Below, one piece after another: positions 58,827 to 64,000 of a DNA stretch of 64,000 nucleotides. The notes under the pieces were generated by a model. That model searched no databases and was not told the DNA's origin. It saw only the letters and a program-made list of their open reading frames with translations. This DNA comes from an uncultured bacterium (GTDB lineage: Bacteria; Bacillota_I; Bacilli_A; RFN20; CAG-826), in contig CASGAD010000030.1 in NCBI GenBank assembly GCA_949299335.1, forward strand, positions 11,875 to 75,874. The letters run 5' to 3'. Numbering within the stretch: the stretch's first letter is position 1; each line of letters starts with the position of its first letter. The translations under genes were made by a program, and so were the position numbers.

Positions 58827-61676
58827 ATGAAAAAAAGAAAATTTTTTACACTTAAAAATTCTATTATTATTTCTTCTGTGAGTGGTGTTTTAGCTGTTGC
58901 TTTAGCTGTAGGTAATTATTTTGCTATAACTTATGAAACATTATTAAATGTTTTGTTTAGTTCTAGTAATTATTCTGTTAGTGAACAAGAAAAAGCATTG
59001 TGTGAAGAAGTAGAAAAAGAAGGTATAGTTTTGTTAAAAAACGAAGATAATGCGTTACCTTTATCTAATGCTGAAACAAAACTTGCTTTATTTGGACAAG
59101 ATTCAGTTGATTTTGTTTATGGTGGTGGGGGTTCTGGTGCCGTTAATGTTGCTAGTGCGCCTACTTTAAGGCAATCATTTGAAGATGCTGGCTTTAATGT
59201 TAATACAACTTTATGGGATTTCTATTTAAATGGACCAGGAAAATCTTATCGAAAAGAGACACCTAATTTATCTGGTGATGGCGAATTTAAAGTTAATGAA
59301 GTACCTACTAGTTTATACACTTCAGAAGTATTAGATAGTTTAAAAAACGATGATGTAGGAGTTGTAGTTATTGGAAGAGGTGGTGGAGAAAGCTCTGATT
59401 TGCCAACTCAAAAACTTGACACAGGATATAAGTATCTCGAATTAGATAAAAATGAAAGAGATAATCTAAAATTAGCCTGCGATAATTTCTCAAAAGTTAT
59501 TGTAATCATTAATTCTTCAAATGCTATGGAACTTGGATTTTTAGAGGAAGAGGAATTCAAAAATGTTAAAGCTTGTATATGGACAGGTGCTGTTGGTCAA
59601 GAAGGAATAAGAGCAATTGGAAAAGTATTTAGTGGTGAATATAATCCTAGTGGAAGACTAGTAGATACATATGCTTATGATAGTCAAAGTGCTCCATCAT
59701 TTCAAAATTTAGGCAACTATACTTTTACTAATAGCAAAGTTAGTAATGGTAATAAATACATCGTTTATCAAGAAGGTATTTATGTTGGATATCGATACTA
59801 TGAAACAAGATATGAAGACAAAGTATTAAACACAAATAATGTAGGTGATTTTGATTACTCAAAAGAAGTACAATTCCCATTCGGGTATGGATTAAGTTAC
59901 ACTAATTTTGAATGGACTAATGCATCAATTAAAGAAAATGAAGACTCATTTGATTTAACGATTGATGTTAAAAATGTAGGTGAAGTTAAAGGTAAAGATG
60001 TTATTGAAGTGTATATGCAATCACCTTATACCGAATATGACAGAAATAACGATATAGAAAAGTCTTCTGTTGAGTTAGTTGGCTTTACAAAAACAATAGA
60101 ATTAGAGCCAAATCAAAGTGAAACATATACTATTAATGTAGATAAATCATTAATGAAGTCTTATGATGCTAAAGGATCTAAAACTTATATTGTAGATGAA
60201 GGCACATATTATTTCACTTTTGCTAGAAACGCTCACGAAGCAATTAACAATATCTTAATTGAAAAAGATATAAGTGAATCCAATTTAGTTGGAAATTATC
60301 ATAAAGATATGACTTTTGAGCATATAAATGACAAATTTGACACTACTACCTATAGTACCTCTGAAGTTACTGGAGAAAAAATCACTAATCAATTTGATAA
60401 TGTAGATGCTAATTATTATGATGAATGTACTTATTTATCAAGAAAAGATTGGATTAATACTTTCCCACAAACTAGTTATAAAAATGGAAGTTGGACTGCA
60501 TCAAACGAATTACTTAAAGATCTTGAATTTAATAGAAGCGATGAAGTAATAAATAATTCTGAAGTAACAATGCCAACATTTGATTCAACTAAAACAAATT
60601 ATAAAGTGCAGGATTTAATTGATGCTCCATATGACGATCCAAGATGGGATGATTTAGTAAATCAAATTACAAAAACTCAAGCTACTAGATTAGTAAGAAT
60701 GGGTGGATATCAAACAATACAAATTGATAGAATTGGACTTCCATCCACAATCGATAAAGATGGTCCAAGTGGAATAAGTGGTTCATTAGTGGGAGGCACA
60801 AGTTGTATGGCGTGGCCTGCTGAAGTAGTTATGGCTTCAACATGGAATACTGAACTTATTGAAAAAATGGGTACTTTAATTGGCGAAGATAGTATTCAAG
60901 CTGGAGTTGCTGGTTGGTATGCTCCTGGAGTAAATATTCATCGTTCACCATATTCAGGAAGAAATTTTGAATATTATAGTGAAGATGGCTTCTTAAGTGG
61001 AAAAATTGGTGCTAGCGAAGTTAAAGGTGTTAGATCAAAAGGTGTAATTGCTTATATGAAACATTTTGCACTTAATGATCAAGAAACCAATAGATATGGT
61101 GCTTCTATATTTGCTAATGAGCAATCTATTAGAGAAATATTCTTAAAAGGGTTTGAATACATCGCAACTGAAGGCAAAGTTACAGCTGCTATGGCTGCAA
61201 TGAATAGAATAGGTGCTACTTGGGTTGGCGCTCATGAAGGAATAATGACTAATGTATTAAGAAAAGAGTGGGGATTTGAAGGGATGGTAATTACAGACCA
61301 AGCTTCATCTAGCTCTATGTTTTATCAAGATATGATTAGCGGTTTATATGCAGGAACTGACTTATGGTTAAATACTAATTCTAGTTTCTGGTCATTAGAT
61401 GATTATTTTGATAATCCTACAGTAATGAATAATGTACATAAGGCAGCTAAAAATATTATTTATTCAGTAACTAAATCCAATGCAGTAATTGACTATGAGT
61501 CAGGTACTGGTGGTGCTCAAGAATTTGTAGGTGAAGGAATGCAACCTTGGAAAATAGGACTTATAGTTCTTGACGTAATAATATTTGCTGCTTGTGCAGT
61601 AGGATTATTTACCCCATTAATTTATGTATTAGTCTCAAGACGTAAAAATAAAATTGAGTTAGAAGTAAAAGAATAA
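58827..61676 (+). CDS. Glycoside hydrolase family 3 with N- and C-terminal TM anchors (module B, paralog of 45310..48186)
   Basis: 949 aa. Motifs GGGGSGAV, KHFALNDQETNR and GFEGMVITDQ. TM helices IIISSVSGVLAVALAVGNYFAI and IGLIVLDVIIFAACAVGLFTPLIYVLV. Confidence 0.85.
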   Translation: MKKRKFFTLKNSIIISSVSGVLAVALAVGNYFAITYETLLNVLFSSSNYSVSEQEKALCEEVEKEGIVLLKNEDNALPLSNAETKLALFGQDSVDFVYGGGGSGAVNVASAPTLRQSFEDAGFNVNTTLWDFYLNGPGKSYRKETPNLSGDGEFKVNEVPTSLYTSEVLDSLKNDDVGVVVIGRGGGESSDLPTQKLDTGYKYLELDKNERDNLKLACDNFSKVIVIINSSNAMELGFLEEEEFKNVKACIWTGAVGQEGIRAIGKVFSGEYNPSGRLVDTYAYDSQSAPSFQNLGNYTFTNSKVSNGNKYIVYQEGIYVGYRYYETRYEDKVLNTNNVGDFDYSKEVQFPFGYGLSYTNFEWTNASIKENEDSFDLTIDVKNVGEVKGKDVIEVYMQSPYTEYDRNNDIEKSSVELVGFTKTIELEPNQSETYTINVDKSLMKSYDAKGSKTYIVDEGTYYFTFARNAHEAINNILIEKDISESNLVGNYHKDMTFEHINDKFDTTTYSTSEVTGEKITNQFDNVDANYYDECTYLSRKDWINTFPQTSYKNGSWTASNELLKDLEFNRSDEVINNSEVTMPTFDSTKTNYKVQDLIDAPYDDPRWDDLVNQITKTQATRLVRMGGYQTIQIDRIGLPSTIDKDGPSGISGSLVGGTSCMAWPAEVVMASTWNTELIEKMGTLIGEDSIQAGVAGWYAPGVNIHRSPYSGRNFEYYSEDGFLSGKIGASEVKGVRSKGVIAYMKHFALNDQETNRYGASIFANEQSIREIFLKGFEYIATEGKVTAAMAAMNRIGATWVGAHEGIMTNVLRKEWGFEGMVITDQASSSSMFYQDMISGLYAGTDLWLNTNSSFWSLDDYFDNPTVMNNVHKAAKNIIYSVTKSNAVIDYESGTGGAQEFVGEGMQPWKIGLIVLDVIIFAACAVGLFTPLIYVLVSRRKNKIELEVKE

Positions 61677-61701
61677 AATTAATTTAATAGTAAAATTTAA
61701 A

Positions 61702-61736
61702 AAGCCTACTTTTTAAAATGAAAGTAGACTTTTTTA
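61702..61736 (+). terminator. Rho-independent terminator of the module B GH3 gene
   Basis: Stem AAGCCTACTTT/AAAGTAGACTT (one mismatch) followed by a T run. Confidence 0.6.
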
Positions 61737-61740
61737 TTAT

Positions 61741-62450
61741 GTGGACCGAAGGGACAACATAAAACCGCCTCCTATGGAGGCGAGAATTGAAAAGCGGTAG
61801 CGATAAGCAAAAAAACTTCCGTGAGATATAATATAATTGCTCAATTGTCTTATACCTCAGAAAGGAAGTTTTATGTCAAACATTAAAAATGATGACACAA
61901 GTAGTTTATCACACACAAAGTGGAATTGTCAGTACCACATAGTGTTTACGCCAAAGTACAGAAGAAAAGCAATCTATGCAAAATTAAGATCAGACATTGG
62001 AAAGTATATTAGACGACTTTGCGAATATAAAGGTGTTGAAATAGTGGAAGCGCATGCAATGGCAGACCACATTCACATGCTCGTCAAAATACCTCCAAAA
62101 TTATCAGTATCCTCTTTCATGGGATATCTCAAAGGAAAAAGTTCGTTGATGATTTTTGATGAGCATGCGAATTTAAAATATAACTATGGAAGCAGACACT
62201 TCTGGTCAGAAGGTTACTATGTTTCGACCGTAGGTCTAAACAAAAAAACTATACAAAATTATATTAAAAATCAAGAATTAGAAGACCAATTGTCAGACAA
62301 AAGAAGTCTCAAGGAGTATAAAGACCCTTTTAAGGGTAAGTAAGAGGGACAAAGGCAATTGGGCTAACTAAAGAACCCTGAAATCGGGGTCGCCAGTAAC
62401 AAGCCTTGCAGGCTTATGTTAAAAACCGCGCCTTGTGAGACGCGGATTTT
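61741..62450 (+). mobile_element. IS200-type insertion sequence (IS200/IS605 family, tnpA only); ends approximate
   Basis: A Y1 HUH transposase gene flanked by GC-rich subterminal hairpins that are foreign to the AT-rich surroundings. Left: CGCCTCC-TAT-GGAGGCG (61766-61782). Right: AAGCCT-TGC-AGGCTT (62401-62415) and CCGCG...CGCGG (62426-62445). GGGACAA occurs near both ends. Confidence 0.75.
61873..62343 (+). CDS. tnpA: IS200/IS605-family Y1 (HUH) transposase TnpA
   Basis: Start at the ATG at 61873 (MSNIKNDD...); the track start is an upstream TTG. Motifs YHIVFTPKYRRK, the HUH motif DHIHMLV and the catalytic Tyr region GYYVSTVG. 156 aa. Confidence 0.9.
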   Translation: MSNIKNDDTSSLSHTKWNCQYHIVFTPKYRRKAIYAKLRSDIGKYIRRLCEYKGVEIVEAHAMADHIHMLVKIPPKLSVSSFMGYLKGKSSLMIFDEHANLKYNYGSRHFWSEGYYVSTVGLNKKTIQNYIKNQELEDQLSDKRSLKEYKDPFKGK

Positions 62451-62599
62451 TATTTAGTTTAGATTTTCATTTATGAAAATAAATGATTATGGTGACAATA
62501 TATGTCACTATTGCAAAATTTTTTCAATAAAGATAAGGTTTTCTATTTAATGTTAATTTAAAAAGTAGAATAATATAAGTGATTAATAGGGGGATTTAT

Positions 62600-64000
62600 A
62601 TGAAAAAATCGATTCTTTTTTCTCTTTTAGCTGCTACAACATTAACATTTACAGTTGGATGTTCAACAGGTGAAAGTAATGATAATACAGTTAATGATGA
62701 ATTGATGTTAAGGTATCAAAATTATCTAGATAATGGAGGTACTTTAACATATCAAGAGTGGCTTGCTTTTATAGAGGATCCAAATATTAATAATGAAGAT
62801 TATGAAGCGCCTTATATCGGAAGCAATGGAAATTGGTTTGTAGAAGGAATGGATACAGGTGTTAAAGCCTCTGGAGAAGATGGTGAGTCTATTACAATTA
62901 CTTCTACTGAAATCATTGTTAAAGATGGTTTGACATATACGGAAATTACTTTTAGTGATGGAACTAAGATTGATATTCCTCATGGTGTAGATGGCAATGA
63001 TGGTGAAGATGGATTAACACCATACATTAAAGATGGTTATTGGTATATTGGTGAGCTTAATACAAATATTAAAGCTACTGGTGATGATGGTGAGTCAGTA
63101 AGTGTTACTAGTAGTGAAGAAATAGAGGAAAACGGAACTAAATTTGTTGAAGTTAATTTTAGTGATGGAACATCAATAAAAATACCTCTGGCTAAAGATG
63201 GAGTAGATGGATATACACCTTATATACAAGATGGATATTGGTATATTAACGGAGTTTCAACTGGAGTATCAGCTAAAGGTGATGAAGTTGAAATGAGAGT
63301 TAATGAAGGTAATATTGAATGGAAAACTTCTTCCTCAGATATTTGGAATGTATTACTAAGTGTAGATATTTTAAAAGGTAATGATGGATTAAATGGAGAA
63401 AGTGCTTACGAAATATATAAAAAGTATTGTGGGTATGCAGGAAGTGAAGAAGAATGGATCTATGATTTAGTAAATGGATTATTAAACTTTGAAGATCCAG
63501 GAATAATTGATTATATTCCACCTTATAGAATGCGTGTAGCCGTTGGAGAAACAATAAATTTACCTACTAGAATAAACGCAATTTATAGTAATGGATTAGT
63601 TGAAGAAGTAAATGTTAAATGGAATAAGTCAAATTTAACTTCATCTTATGTTGGTGAAAAAAAGATATTAGGATATGTAGAAAACTATCAAGAAAAAGTT
63701 GAGTGCTATGTTTATGTTTCAAGATATACAACAACTGAAAAATACGTTGATGGATATATTAATGGAATTCAAGATGATGATAAAGTCTCAATTACTTTAT
63801 TTAATGATTCAATAGTTAGAACTATCTCACCTTCATTAACAGGATATTATAAATTTGATTCCATTCCTGATGGCAATTATTATTTAAAAATAGATGCAAA
63901 TGGTTATGAGGCAATTGATTTAAATACAGCTGATATTAGTTCAGTTACTGTAGATGAATCAAGTTTATATAATAATATTGAGCATGTTAATTTTAATTTA
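62600..64000 (+). CDS. Large surface lipoprotein with tandem roughly 66-70-aa repeats, an Ig-like (Big_4-like) domain and a carboxypeptidase-regulatory-like domain; its 3' end runs off the window
   Basis: Not in the ORF track because no stop lies in the window. ATG at 62600 with RBS AGGGGGA, lipobox LTFTVGC, and a frame open through 64000 (467 codons). Also VKWNKSNLTSSYVGEKKILGYV and GYYKFDSIPDGNYYLKI. Confidence 0.7.
   Translation, partial: MKKSILFSLLAATTLTFTVGCSTGESNDNTVNDELMLRYQNYLDNGGTLTYQEWLAFIEDPNINNEDYEAPYIGSNGNWFVEGMDTGVKASGEDGESITITSTEIIVKDGLTYTEITFSDGTKIDIPHGVDGNDGEDGLTPYIKDGYWYIGELNTNIKATGDDGESVSVTSSEEIEENGTKFVEVNFSDGTSIKIPLAKDGVDGYTPYIQDGYWYINGVSTGVSAKGDEVEMRVNEGNIEWKTSSSDIWNVLLSVDILKGNDGLNGESAYEIYKKYCGYAGSEEEWIYDLVNGLLNFEDPGIIDYIPPYRMRVAVGETINLPTRINAIYSNGLVEEVNVKWNKSNLTSSYVGEKKILGYVENYQEKVECYVYVSRYTTTEKYVDGYINGIQDDDKVSITLFNDSIVRTISPSLTGYYKFDSIPDGNYYLKIDANGYEAIDLNTADISSVTVDESSLYNNIEHVNFNL
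62810..63283 (+). repeat. In-frame tandem protein repeat (2.3 copies) inside the lipoprotein gene
   Basis: The units start with PYIGSNGNWFVEG..TGVKASGEDGES (62810), PYIKDGYWYIGEL.TNIKATGDDGES (63020) and PYIQDGYWYINGVSTGVSAKGDE (63218). Each full unit ends ...FSDGT.I.IP...DGVDG..P. Confidence 0.7.

Overview
Very AT-rich bacterial chromosome segment, with TGA used as a stop (e.g. 43860..43862) and Trp as TGG, so translation table 11 rather than 4. Gene content points to a low-GC Firmicutes or wall-less Mollicutes-like anaerobic fermenter; this taxonomic placement is inference. About 0-42.8 kb is mostly core: a glf operon, rex-adhE, an [FeFe]-hydrogenase-like gene, speB, ung, a TPP-riboswitch-controlled thiT, tsaE-tsaB-rimI-tsaD, asnS, pcrA-ligA-gatCAB and addBA. 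A few odd genes are interspersed: a 1012-aa SF1 helicase/endonuclease fusion, a DUF2130 coiled-coil protein, a membrane-anchored Fe-ADH fusion and a TetR gene with an in-frame TAG. About 43-62.5 kb looks accessory. It holds two diverged paralogous modules, each with a LytTR response regulator, an AgrC-like GHKL kinase, a doubly membrane-anchored GH3 glycosidase and a lipoprotein, and each has a cre box in front of its glycosidase/lipoprotein genes. Between the modules lie a lone tRNA-Ala(CGC), a MarR/flavodoxin redox operon with an exported flavodoxin paralog, and a small nuclease cluster (DEDDh exonuclease, frameshifted GIY-YIG, HEPN-like protein). An IS200-type element follows the second module. 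The window ends inside a repeat-containing surface lipoprotein gene. No CRISPR array or rRNA was seen. All functional calls rest on motifs read from the translations; no database search was possible.
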